Under the pieces are notes generated by a model, which ran no database searches, was not told where the DNA came from, and saw only the letters and a program-made list of their open reading frames with translations. A program made the translations under genes and the position numbers. A DNA stretch of 64,000 bases from an uncultured Fibrobacterota bacterium (GTDB taxonomy: Bacteria; Fibrobacterota; Chitinivibrionia; Chitinivibrionales; WJKA01): the NCBI GenBank assembly GCA_964589825.1, contig CAZPUS010000010.1, positions 14,862 to 78,861 of the forward strand, read 5' to 3'. Shown here piece after piece: positions 35,808-45,425 of this stretch. Every line of letters starts with the position of its first letter. Position 1 is the stretch's first letter.

Positions 35808-36509
35808 ATGTCGACTTTCTCCGCCATTATCGTTGGTGCAGGACGCGGTACGCGACTTAACGCATCCGGACCAAAAGCCTTCATACCACTTGGTGACAAG
35901 CCTCTCTTTAGCCATAGCATTTCAGTATTCGACGCCTTTGCGTATGCCGATGAAATCGTGCTGGTTGTACCGCCGGGATACGAAGAGAACGCCAGAAGCT
36001 ATATACATCATGTCAGTACCCCGATAACCATAGCGGGTGGCGGCGCACAGAGATGGGATTCGGTGCGTAACGGTCTGAACGCATGTGACCCGTCACACGA
36101 ATGGGTCATGATCCACGATGCTGCCCGGCCGTTCGTGACCACGCAGGTAATAGCAACATTGTGGGAAATGAGAAAAAAGTATCGCAGTGCCGTAACCGCA
36201 ACACCAGTCGTCGATACCGTTCGACGGGCCGACGGAGACGCCTCACAGGGCACCATCGACCGTTCCCGCCTTGTACGGGTCGGCACCCCTCAGTTATTCG
36301 ACCGCAAACTGCTCATGCGTGTATTCTCAGAAACCGATTTTTCCGCTGTTGCACCAACCGACGAAGCGCAGCTCATGGAGAATGCGGGAATCCCTTCCGG
36401 CATTGCACAGGGAGGTCCTTGCAATTTCAAAATAACCGTACCGTACGATCTTACCCTGGCAGAGGTAATGTATGCCAACCAAAAAACGCTGCAGCTGGGC
36501 GGGGAATGA
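35808..36509 (+). CDS. ispD: 2-C-methyl-D-erythritol 4-phosphate cytidylyltransferase
   Basis: 233 aa. It has an N-terminal AIIVGAGRGTRL and later IHDAARPF and TPQLF. Confidence 0.9.
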   Translation: MSTFSAIIVGAGRGTRLNASGPKAFIPLGDKPLFSHSISVFDAFAYADEIVLVVPPGYEENARSYIHHVSTPITIAGGGAQRWDSVRNGLNACDPSHEWVMIHDAARPFVTTQVIATLWEMRKKYRSAVTATPVVDTVRRADGDASQGTIDRSRLVRVGTPQLFDRKLLMRVFSETDFSAVAPTDEAQLMENAGIPSGIAQGGPCNFKITVPYDLTLAEVMYANQKTLQLGGE

Positions 36510-37038
36510 TCCCGATTATATCGCCTATCATGATAATGAGTGGGGCGTGCCGGTACACGATGACCGCACCCATTTTGAAATGCTGGTACTGGAAGGATTC
36601 CAGGCAGGGCTTAGCTGGCTTACCATATTGAAAAAACGCGCCGCCTTTTCACGTGCATTCGCCAACTGGGACTGGCACAAAGTCGCCCGTTTCAACGAGC
36701 GCGACATTGAAGCGCTCATGCACAACAGCGACATCGTGCGAAACCGGAAAAAAATAGCGTCGGCTGTCTCCAATGCCGCATGCTTTGACGCAGTACGCAG
36801 GGATTTCGGCACGTTTGACCGCTATATCTGGCAATTCAGCGATTATCGCACACTGCGTACGATTCCCCCTTACGACAGATGGGAGGACGTTCCCGCACAT
36901 ACCCAGGAGTCGCGTACCATGAGCAGGGACCTGAAAAAACGCGGGTTCCGGTTTGTGGGACCCACCATCTGCTACGCACATATGCAGGCAATCGGCATGG
37001 TCGATGATCATCTTTCATACTGTTTTAAATGCCGCTGA
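36472..37038 (+). CDS. tag: DNA-3-methyladenine glycosylase I
   Basis: 188 aa. RCSWAGNDPDYIAYHDNEWGVPVHDDRTHFEMLVLEGFQAGLSW is the Tag signature. It overlaps the ispD 3' end by 38 nt. Confidence 0.9.
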   Translation: MPTKKRCSWAGNDPDYIAYHDNEWGVPVHDDRTHFEMLVLEGFQAGLSWLTILKKRAAFSRAFANWDWHKVARFNERDIEALMHNSDIVRNRKKIASAVSNAACFDAVRRDFGTFDRYIWQFSDYRTLRTIPPYDRWEDVPAHTQESRTMSRDLKKRGFRFVGPTICYAHMQAIGMVDDHLSYCFKCR

Positions 37039-37091
37039 ATTGACCTTTCTTCCCAGCGCCCTGACGGGTGGTTTGTCAACCGATTGCGGCG

Positions 37092-37113
37092 CCTCTCTTG
37101 CGGGAGGTTTTTT
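37092..37113 (+). terminator. intrinsic terminator after tag
   Basis: CCTCTC (37092-37097), loop TTGC, GGGAGG (37102-37107), then TTTTTT (37108-37113). It lies 54 nt after the tag stop. Confidence 0.6.
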
Positions 37114-37170
37114 CGATAGCCCCACACGCACGTTGTACACGTACTCTCAACCTATAAAACAGCATCTACA

Positions 37171-37200
37171 TTGACAATTATGGAACACATTGACTATATT
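37171..37200 (+). promoter_or_regulatory. sigma-70-like promoter candidate for the aconitase gene
   Basis: TTGACA (37171-37176), an 18-nt spacer, then TATATT (37195-37200), 45 nt upstream of ATG 37245. Whether this lineage uses these consensus boxes is unknown. Confidence 0.35.
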
Positions 37201-37244
37201 ATCCGGTATTTATACGCATATTGTCACACCATACGGAGCGTTTT

Positions 37245-39197
37245 ATGGGAAAAAATATCGTACAGAAAATTCTCGACGCACACCTGATAAGCGGTCGATC
37301 CCGGCAGGGAGAGGATGTGGGTATCGGCATAGATCAGACATTGACGCAGGATGCCACCGGCACTATGGCATACCTCGAATTCGAAGCAATGGGCTTTGAC
37401 CGGGTAAAAACCAGGCGATCGGTCTCGTATGTCGATCATAATACAGTACAGGACAGCTTTGAAAATGCCGACGATCACCGTTATTTACAAAGCGTGGCTC
37501 GAAAATATGGTATCTATTTTTCGCGACCAGGCAACGGAATCTGCCATCAGGTGCATCTCGAACGATTCGGAGTGCCTGGTGAGACACTCCTTGGTAGTGA
37601 CTCTCATACTCCTACTGGCGGAGGACTGGGTATGCTGGCCATCGGTGCCGGGGGACTCGACGTGGCCCTTGCCATGGGGGGAAAGCCCTTCTATCTTACC
37701 TATCCGAAAGTAATTAAAGTTAATCTGAAGGGAAAACTTCGCCCCTGGGTCAGTGCAAAAGACATCATTCTCCATGTGCTGAGCATTCTTTCTACCAAAG
37801 GGAATGTAGGGTCTGTTATCGAATTCGGCGGGGACGGTGTTGCTTCTCTTTCGGTACCCGAACGGGCCACCATTACCAATATGGGCGCCGAAACCGGTGT
37901 GACCACCTCGGTATTCCCTTCGGATGAACAAACCTACACGTTTCTCAGCGCACAGCAGCGTGAAGATGACTTCAGGCAACTATGTGCCGACCCCGATGCG
38001 GAATACGCACGAATAATCGATATCGATCTCCATGCGCTGGAGCCTCTCTGTGCCTGTCCTCATTCCCCGGGAAACATCACGCCCGTAAAAGACCTCTCCG
38101 GCAAAGCGATTGATCAGGTACTTATCGGCTCCTGTACAAATGCGTCATTTCGGGATATCATGATGGTTGCCCATATGCTCAAGGGAACCCATGTACACGA
38201 GAACGTCTCACTGGGCGTTGCCGCGGGTTCACGCCAGGTTCTTCGTATGATTTCGGAAAATGGCGCATTAGCGGATATCGTGGGAGCCGGGGCCCGGGTT
38301 CTCGAAAACGTCTGCGGGTTCTGCATAGGCAATTCGATGGCACCACCCAGTGGTGCGGTATCGCTCAGAACCTCCAACAGAAATTTTTTTGGCAGAAGCG
38401 GTACAAATGACGCGGATGTGTATCTCGTTTCTCCTGAATCCGCTGTCGCGAGCGCACTAAACGGAACATTTACCGATCCCCGTGAGGCATTCGGAGAAAA
38501 AACGCATCCCACAATCGCTATCCCTTCACGGTTCCATATCGATGATTCGATGATCATACCTCCGGTTTCCGCCGACCAGACACAGGAGGTAGCAATCAGG
38601 CGCGGACCGAATATCGGCAATCCACCGGAAAACGAAGCACTTCCCTCACAACTCGACGGCGTCGTGGCCATTAAAGTCGGTGACAAAGTAACCACCGACC
38701 ACATAATGCCTGCCGGCAGTCGTCTGAAGTATCGTTCGAACATAGCCCGCTACTCCATTTTCGTTTTTGAAAGAAACGATGAACGTTTTGCCGAACGCGC
38801 ACATGCACACAAGGAAAACGGTCTTCATAATGTCATTGTTGCCGGTGAGTCATACGGTCAGGGCTCCTCACGTGAGCATGCCGCCATCTGTCCGATGTAT
38901 CTGGGGGTAAAGATGGTACTTACACGTTCCATTGAGCGCATCCATAAAGCGAATCTCGTTAACTTCGGTATTGTCCCGGCACAGTTTCGCAATGAAAAAG
39001 ACTACATTGCACTGCAGCAGGGAGACCGTCTCGCGGTAGAGGACCTTCACGAATCGATTCTGAATACACATGAAGTCCGCATAAAGAATCGTACGCAACA
39101 GACCTCGTTCATTGCCACTATCGATTTGAGCCCGCGTGAGATAAAGGCAGTTCTCGCCGGGGGTATAATTAACGCTGTACGCGAATGTGAGCTGTAA
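37245..39197 (+). CDS. aconitate hydratase (about 650-aa short type)
   Basis: ORF 37221.. trimmed to ATG 37245, with GGAG 6 nt upstream (MGKNIVQKILDAHL). It contains GSDSHT, Fe-S Cys contexts GSCTNAS and CGFCIGN, and a swivel domain GESYGQGSSREHAA. Confidence 0.85.
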   Translation: MGKNIVQKILDAHLISGRSRQGEDVGIGIDQTLTQDATGTMAYLEFEAMGFDRVKTRRSVSYVDHNTVQDSFENADDHRYLQSVARKYGIYFSRPGNGICHQVHLERFGVPGETLLGSDSHTPTGGGLGMLAIGAGGLDVALAMGGKPFYLTYPKVIKVNLKGKLRPWVSAKDIILHVLSILSTKGNVGSVIEFGGDGVASLSVPERATITNMGAETGVTTSVFPSDEQTYTFLSAQQREDDFRQLCADPDAEYARIIDIDLHALEPLCACPHSPGNITPVKDLSGKAIDQVLIGSCTNASFRDIMMVAHMLKGTHVHENVSLGVAAGSRQVLRMISENGALADIVGAGARVLENVCGFCIGNSMAPPSGAVSLRTSNRNFFGRSGTNDADVYLVSPESAVASALNGTFTDPREAFGEKTHPTIAIPSRFHIDDSMIIPPVSADQTQEVAIRRGPNIGNPPENEALPSQLDGVVAIKVGDKVTTDHIMPAGSRLKYRSNIARYSIFVFERNDERFAERAHAHKENGLHNVIVAGESYGQGSSREHAAICPMYLGVKMVLTRSIERIHKANLVNFGIVPAQFRNEKDYIALQQGDRLAVEDLHESILNTHEVRIKNRTQQTSFIATIDLSPREIKAVLAGGIINAVRECEL

Positions 39198-39250
39198 TGC
39201 GCATCTTCTTACTACAGATATGATGGAACTTATACCCGGCAGGGTGCGTT

Positions 39251-41776
39251 TTACCGTGCAACCGGAAGACGAATAATAAATCGCGTACCCTGTCCGGGTG
39301 CACTTTTAATATCAATCGTACCCTGATTCTGCTTTACCACTCCATAGACTGTTGCCAGACCCATTCCCGTCCCTTTCCCCGGTGATTTGGTGGTAAAAAA
39401 AGGCTCGAATGCTTTTTTGCGCGTCTCTTCATCCATACCCGAACCGGTATCGGCAATTTCAAGCACAATCCAGTTTTTGCTATCTGAAAACTCATACCCG
39501 GTATCCACAGCATCAAAACGTGTCCGTATGGTAAAGCGCCCCTCCCTGGGCATGGCATCGCGTGCATTTACCGCAAGGTTGAGCAAAATCTGCTTGACGC
39601 TTGTACTGTCGACCCGTACCGAAAGAGGTATATCACAAAGCTGCGTATCGAGCAGAATTTTTTTGCCAAGAGAAGACTTGACGAGCGACTCCATACCACA
39701 GATAAGTTCGTTTAAATCGTACGGCTGCACATCCGCGGCATGCTCTTTTTTCCGACTGAAAGAGAGAAGCTGATCTACGAGTTCACTCGCCATCTTTGAA
39801 GCAGAAAGCGCTTCATCGACCTGTTTTTTACCGCTCGCATCCGGCAACATATGAGAAAGGTACATGCAATTGCCAGTAATAATGGTAAGCAGGTTGTTGA
39901 AATCATGCGCCACTCCGCCCACCACCCTTCCGAGCGCTTCCATTTTATGTGATTGAATAAGCTGCTCCCGTAAATCTTCACGCCGGGCAATCTCGCTCTT
40001 GAGCCGTTGATTCATCTTGTAAAGCGATTCGTTCCTGCTGCGCAGCTGTTCGAACATACGAACCGACCCGATCCCGGTGCTCACCCCGAGTCGAATTTCC
40101 TGCAGCTTGTGTATATGTTCTTCATTGGCCTCGATTAGCATAAACCCAAGTACCTCATTGGTAAAAACCGGAAACAACGCAAGGGGCATCTCTTTGGGCA
40201 GCGCATCCCTACCGCCGGGAGAAAGTGATCCTGCAGAAAAAAACTCCCCTTCCGCCCCTCCTGCCGATTGTGTGCAATTGCCGTTTTCATATCGAAACAC
40301 ACAACGACACAACTTCCCGGCCTGGGTCTGGTTATCAGGGATCTCAAATACATTAACGCAACAAAAACGTATCCCGAGCCTTCTGAAAAGCACAGAGAGT
40401 GGAATGCGGAGCTCATCAAGACACGTAGATGCACTCGCATGCTGCATTCTGACATGCATCTCCTGAGCCATATATGTATCGTGCAGCGTGTCCTGTTTGA
40501 AAAAGCCCGTATAAAACTCCCTGTTCAGACGGCTGTATGCCTCAACAAATAGCCGTTGGGCGAGCACCCTATCCTCCCTGCTTTCACAGCGAAAAAACAA
40601 AGAGGCATGAAGCAGTACCAGAAGCGCATGCAGCGAACCTTCGGCGTTACCGGCCTCATCATGCTGATGTGAAAGTGCGTCGAGTTCACGAAACAGGGCC
40701 TGACGATCGGTTTCATCCTTCAGCGCGTTTGACATGCAATTAAAAAGTGAATCTACGGTTTCCTGCACGTTTTCTATTCTTGGACTCACTGAGCATAAAA
40801 CGCCTTCTGCAATGTGCCGGAGTTCACGCCAGGCGGCCTCCGCCTCATCCCGGGTACGAAACGAATGCAAAGAGGTCAGAATTTGCTCCGGGAGATACCC
40901 GCACAGCTGATGTCTGATATTTTCGGGGGGATATGGGACGATCGTTTCAGCCGGTATATCATTTCCCTCCAGCTTTGAAACAATCGCATTCAGGGCCGCT
41001 TCCCCCTGCTGAAACAAGGGCTCCTGGGCAACAAGTGCGGGAAGCCCTACCGCTGAATGAGCAAACGTGGCAAGCGCAAGTTCCCTGCCGGGCAGCAGCC
41101 CCCTCTTTGCCATTTCCTCAAGCACCGCAATCGTGTTTAGATAATTGGTGGTTACTATTCCGTCAATTTTGATTATTGATGAATCATACTCCCCAAAAAG
41201 CTGTTCAATATATTCTTTGAAATAAATACTGCCTCTGCGTATGCGACTCTGGTCAACATCGAGCCCGAATGACGGTCCGAGCCCCCGGAAGGCATCTGAA
41301 AACACGGTGCCACGTTTGTCCTCTTCCAGCAGAACAACCTTTTGGCAGTTATGTTGTGTTACCAAGTGTGAGAGTACGCGGCGCATTGCTTCTCTGTGGT
41401 CTGCGATTACTACCGGGACCGATTCGACCGTTTTATCGACGCATACGATCGGAATCCGATCGAATGAAGAGATAAAGCTATGCAGCTGCTGAGGATTGAG
41501 CAGTGACGCCATGTATTGAGGCGTCACGATAAGTCCGTCTAAACACTCGCTGCTGATCAGCTCGTAGGCACTGCGAAATTTTCCATCCTCAGAATTTTTT
41601 CCTTTCAACTGCCCGCCCACAAATGTTATTGTACGTACATTGCGCCTTGCAGCCGCATCCCGGACCCCTGCAAGAAAGACCCGCTCAAAATCTACGTCGT
41701 TATATGGTGTCGTGACGCCGATGGTACAGCCAGCAGATAAATGGTTCATATGATCCCATCTTGCAGCAGCGCACAC
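39251..41776 (-). CDS. cytoplasmic sensor histidine kinase with N-terminal LacI/RbsB-type ligand-binding-like domain
   Basis: 841 aa (alternative start ATG 41749) with no TM segment. The N-terminal 290 aa or so resemble a periplasmic-binding-fold sugar-binding domain. It has an H-box [12 protein letters not shown], an N-box [12 protein letters not shown] and G-boxes DTGSGMD / GKGTGMGLA. Confidence 0.75.
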   Translation of the reverse strand: MCAAARWDHMNHLSAGCTIGVTTPYNDVDFERVFLAGVRDAAARRNVRTITFVGGQLKGKNSEDGKFRSAYELISSECLDGLIVTPQYMASLLNPQQLHSFISSFDRIPIVCVDKTVESVPVVIADHREAMRRVLSHLVTQHNCQKVVLLEEDKRGTVFSDAFRGLGPSFGLDVDQSRIRRGSIYFKEYIEQLFGEYDSSIIKIDGIVTTNYLNTIAVLEEMAKRGLLPGRELALATFAHSAVGLPALVAQEPLFQQGEAALNAIVSKLEGNDIPAETIVPYPPENIRHQLCGYLPEQILTSLHSFRTRDEAEAAWRELRHIAEGVLCSVSPRIENVQETVDSLFNCMSNALKDETDRQALFRELDALSHQHDEAGNAEGSLHALLVLLHASLFFRCESREDRVLAQRLFVEAYSRLNREFYTGFFKQDTLHDTYMAQEMHVRMQHASASTCLDELRIPLSVLFRRLGIRFCCVNVFEIPDNQTQAGKLCRCVFRYENGNCTQSAGGAEGEFFSAGSLSPGGRDALPKEMPLALFPVFTNEVLGFMLIEANEEHIHKLQEIRLGVSTGIGSVRMFEQLRSRNESLYKMNQRLKSEIARREDLREQLIQSHKMEALGRVVGGVAHDFNNLLTIITGNCMYLSHMLPDASGKKQVDEALSASKMASELVDQLLSFSRKKEHAADVQPYDLNELICGMESLVKSSLGKKILLDTQLCDIPLSVRVDSTSVKQILLNLAVNARDAMPREGRFTIRTRFDAVDTGYEFSDSKNWIVLEIADTGSGMDEETRKKAFEPFFTTKSPGKGTGMGLATVYGVVKQNQGTIDIKSAPGQGTRFIIRLPVAR

Positions 41777-42123
41777 TATGGTTCGTCCCTGCGAAAAAGG
41801 TTCCTCCTACAGAACGCAGCCCATACAGCGCAATCGTATGCATTGTACTGCACGCCTCGTGATCCGGCAGCCACTCCATCGAAAAAAGCTCCAATCGCCC
41901 AGCCGTATGGACCACGATATGATACAATACCATTAATTTTTAAAAAACGAAGCCTAAATATACAATTTCACGAACGCGATTATTATCCTCCCCAAAAAAA
42001 TAACACGTCCGTCATTCCACACGGATGGCATAGACTTTTGAAAAATAAAGGGAGACTATCGCGCGTGCGTTGTCATGGTCCTTAAATTGCAGCAGTTACA
42101 ATGATGTGAACCGCCATGGCGAT

Positions 42124-42372
42124 TCACTCATTGCGATTGATTACGCCTCTCGCACTGCGGTGAGGTGTTGACGCCACTGCAAAATATTTTTCAACGAGTT
42201 GTGCAGTTGTCAATACGTGCAGGTCTATAATCAAATCAATAATTTGTTCGCGAGTTATTGCTCTGGGATTGACCCGGTTTTCGTTTTCCGGTAAGACGCG
42301 GCGGTTATCTACATTCTGGTGCATCATACGACACCTCCCTGTGAAACAATGAAGTAACGCGTCGCAGCCCAT
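42124..42372 (-). CDS. hypothetical small protein
   Basis: 82-aa ORF, the only ORF in a gap of about 1 kb. No family recognised and the start is uncertain (internal Met-Met at residues 16-17). Confidence 0.3.
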   Translation of the reverse strand: MGCDALLHCFTGRCRMMHQNVDNRRVLPENENRVNPRAITREQIIDLIIDLHVLTTAQLVEKYFAVASTPHRSARGVINRNE

Positions 42373-42750
42373 AGGCTCTTCGGGGCTGCTCTCTATATTA
42401 TACTCATCGGCTGAAAAAATGTCAACCTGAAGTCTGTTAACTACCGCGTTTTTTCACATTTTTTGCCCTTTGAACATAATTGATTGTCTGCATTAATGCG
42501 ATATGCCCAGCACCAACTGTGCTAAGGTGCAGATCAATGCCGACAGGCTGAAAAAAACCTCTTGCCCGGCAGAAGTAGCAACTCCCGTCAAATCACGTGG
42601 CGATTGGACCCGGGGTAGCATATTCGTTTAATATCGGCAGGTATACACCTGAATTGAGAATAAATGCCGCCCGTTTTTAACATCGGATTATCTATACCCA
42701 CTCCGTAACACGAGGAGCGTAATACTATACCCTGAAAATGGACCGGCCAT

Positions 42751-44325
42751 TCAGTCTGATGGCTGCGCAAACTCGGCGATTATTCCTTTTTTCTTTTTAA
42801 ATCCATATCCCTTATAAAAATAGATGCGTTTAGCGACTACCCCTCCCCGGTATAAAACCACCGTATCCGCAGATGAAAGCCTCTCGAAAAAGGAGGCAAA
42901 ATATGATGAATCGGCACGGTAGCGACTCGTGGCAATACAAATGGCGTCCTTGCCCTCTGTAGCGGTATGTGCATTCCATATCCAGAAGCCGCGTGCATCA
43001 CCCTGGTTAAGACAAACTACCGGATATCGACCGGACGTCGCGAATGCGATCTCGCCGCACAAAAACCACTTATGGGCACAGAGCATATGCGTCTGCGGGG
43101 TAATTCCCTGTGCAGAGAGGTAGTGCGATACGCCCTCCCAGCCATACGTATCGAGAGTGGGATCATTGCGCACATCCCGCGATGATATCCATCCCATTTT
43201 TTCCAGTTTCTCCAGATGCAGTATCCCATAATGTGTATGCAATACCACAAGTACATACAGCGATGCAACAAAGACCACGGTAATAATTGCACCCACGCGA
43301 ATGCGCGGGCCCCGAAGCGCCCGGGCCAGCCACGGCCCGGTACCGGCAATGACAGCCGCATATCCGGGCAGTGTCCAGTGAGGAAGTATCGATTTGAAAA
43401 ATGAAACACCAAGAAAAAGTACCACCGGTATTGTTCCGAAAAAGAAAATAAAACGATACGTCCAATGCGACCCCGCAATTGTAAAACGCAGCGAACGCCA
43501 CATTATTACCACAAAAGGGACAAAAAGCATCGGCGTACAATAAAGCGCCTGTCCTCCCAGTGCTTCGAGAAAACGAAGCGGCTTTACCGATGAACCGATC
43601 GCCCGACCACCCTGAAATGCAAACGAAGCCCATTCGTGATGCATATTCCAGATAACTACGGGAAGGGCGAGGGTAAGTGCACAGAGCGCATATATATATG
43701 GACCCGGACGGAAAAAACGTCGTGGCCGGTAACATAGCAAATAGGTCCACAACAATATACCGAGGAATGCGCCATGATATTTTGACAAAAAGGCGCATCC
43801 GGTGGCGAGCCCCGCCGCAATCCATAACCATGGGCGGGGAGCATCATCACGAACCAGAGGAACGAAACACAATAGCGTAATCAACCAGAAAAAAATGAGC
43901 GGGCCATCCGGCACCACCGATATGCCGCTGATTATGAAAAAAAGCGGAGTAACGGTAAAAATCGCCGCAGCGCACAAAGCTCCCTTATGCGATCCGAATT
44001 GTCGGGCAAGCCAGTATATAAGTACCGTATCCGCAGAAAAAAGAATAAGCGTACAGAGTCTAAGGGTGAATGACGTCACGGCCCCAAGAAGCCAGGGGCC
44101 CAGTCCGGCACAAAGCCCCACAACCGGGGGATGATCGAAATAACTGAGCGCGGGATAACGAGAATAGACAAAATAGTACGCCTCATCAAAACCCGGCTGC
44201 ACCACTAATGATGCACAGATACGCACACACAAAGAAATAAAGGTAAGCAGAAGCAGACCCCGGGGAAAAAAACGTATGAGTCGATATTCAAGTGGCGTAT
44301 GCATATCTACAAAATACGAAATCAC
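42751..44325 (-). CDS. GT-C glycosyltransferase of the ArnT/PMT (GT39/GT83) family
   Basis: 524 aa with more than 10 TM segments. The first loop motif FDEAYYFVYSRYPALSYFDHPPVVG is typical of ArnT-like lipid-A/undecaprenyl-phosphate-sugar transferases. Confidence 0.8.
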   Translation of the reverse strand: MISYFVDMHTPLEYRLIRFFPRGLLLLTFISLCVRICASLVVQPGFDEAYYFVYSRYPALSYFDHPPVVGLCAGLGPWLLGAVTSFTLRLCTLILFSADTVLIYWLARQFGSHKGALCAAAIFTVTPLFFIISGISVVPDGPLIFFWLITLLCFVPLVRDDAPRPWLWIAAGLATGCAFLSKYHGAFLGILLWTYLLCYRPRRFFRPGPYIYALCALTLALPVVIWNMHHEWASFAFQGGRAIGSSVKPLRFLEALGGQALYCTPMLFVPFVVIMWRSLRFTIAGSHWTYRFIFFFGTIPVVLFLGVSFFKSILPHWTLPGYAAVIAGTGPWLARALRGPRIRVGAIITVVFVASLYVLVVLHTHYGILHLEKLEKMGWISSRDVRNDPTLDTYGWEGVSHYLSAQGITPQTHMLCAHKWFLCGEIAFATSGRYPVVCLNQGDARGFWIWNAHTATEGKDAICIATSRYRADSSYFASFFERLSSADTVVLYRGGVVAKRIYFYKGYGFKKKKGIIAEFAQPSD

Positions 44326-44371
44326 ATCTGCACAGAGCGGAATTGTATTTTAACCGTCCATAAGGAATACT

Positions 44372-45154
44372 ATGAAAACCACCAATCAAAGAACGCTTAT
44401 TTCTTTCTGGTTCTGGATACCGTGCATTTGCGCCTGCATGTTGGCCGCAATTCTTCCCTTTTGGAACCTCAACATCGAGCTTTTTCAGGCAATAAACCAA
44501 TGGGGGAACGTGGCGCCGGGACCATTGTGGGCAAATATTACCGTGTTCGGTGACGGGCTGATTATCGCAGTGCTCTTTTTCCCGCTTGTATATAAACGTC
44601 CGGATATGATTACCGCGCTGCTTATTTCGACACTTATTGCCACCGCAGTGGTACATACGCTTAAACCCGGCATTGCGATGTCACGTCCTCCGGGAGTGTT
44701 TTCCCATGAGCTTATTTCCATTATCGGCCCTGCATATAAAAAGCAAGCCTTTCCGTCGGGGCATACTACCGCTGCGTTTACCGCCGCCGGCGTGGTGGTG
44801 TTTTCAATACGACATAATGGTTTACGATACGTGCTCCTTCTCGCGGCAACCGCAGTAGGCCTCTCCCGTATACTGGTCGGTGTGCACTGGCCACTCGATG
44901 TTGCTGCGGGTATTGTGTTCGGCTGGCTTAGTGCTGCGTGCGGTATTTCCCTCAGCCGTCATGTCCCTTTACCACTCATTGTACAGAAAATATACGGGCT
45001 TATACTGCTGATCGCCACGGTGGTATTGCTCACCGTATATGACACCCGTTACGATTCGGCACGGATTCTACCCCGTATTCTTGCCGGTATCATACTCGTG
45101 TGGGGATCCGTCAATTTTGTACGCCTGTGGCACTCCTCAGAAAAAACCAAATAA
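44372..45154 (+). CDS. PAP2-family membrane phosphatase (LpxE/LpxF-like candidate)
   Basis: 260 aa. It has the PAP2 motifs KxxxxxxRP (KPGIAMSRPP), PSGHT and SRILVGVHWPLD. It is divergent from the ArnT-like gene, with 46 nt between the annotated starts. Confidence 0.8.
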   Translation: MKTTNQRTLISFWFWIPCICACMLAAILPFWNLNIELFQAINQWGNVAPGPLWANITVFGDGLIIAVLFFPLVYKRPDMITALLISTLIATAVVHTLKPGIAMSRPPGVFSHELISIIGPAYKKQAFPSGHTTAAFTAAGVVVFSIRHNGLRYVLLLAATAVGLSRILVGVHWPLDVAAGIVFGWLSAACGISLSRHVPLPLIVQKIYGLILLIATVVLLTVYDTRYDSARILPRILAGIILVWGSVNFVRLWHSSEKTK

Positions 45155-45425
45155 CCTTATCCGTATCCCGAAGAACTAACGTATACAGTAATCCGTATGT
45201 CGGACATGTATTCACATGCGTTATTGTCCCGAGATACATGACATGCTCCGGGTAGTGAGCCGCATTGCGGAAAACGCATGTATGCATTCTGAACGAAGCG
45301 GGTTCATATATTCCGGGTTATCGTGGGATGATTACGAGAAGCTTCACGAGAGACATCAGGCTGTTGCAGACGGGCAAAAACCCGATACTGCCGCCATAGC
45401 TGCATTTCATCTTTGCCCTTCTTTT

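Noticed and set aside
42640-42740. A possible seventh copy of the element, beginning CACCTGAATTGAGAAT with ATTCAG about 85 nt downstream
   Set aside because: Only the first 11 nt or so and a 6-nt complementary word match. The interior shares none of the family blocks, so the match is consistent with chance or an unrecognisable remnant.
43163-43831. 222-aa minus-strand ORF inside the ArnT-like gene
   Set aside because: It is an alternative frame of the same strand. The 524-aa frame carries the family motif and TM pattern, and this one does not.
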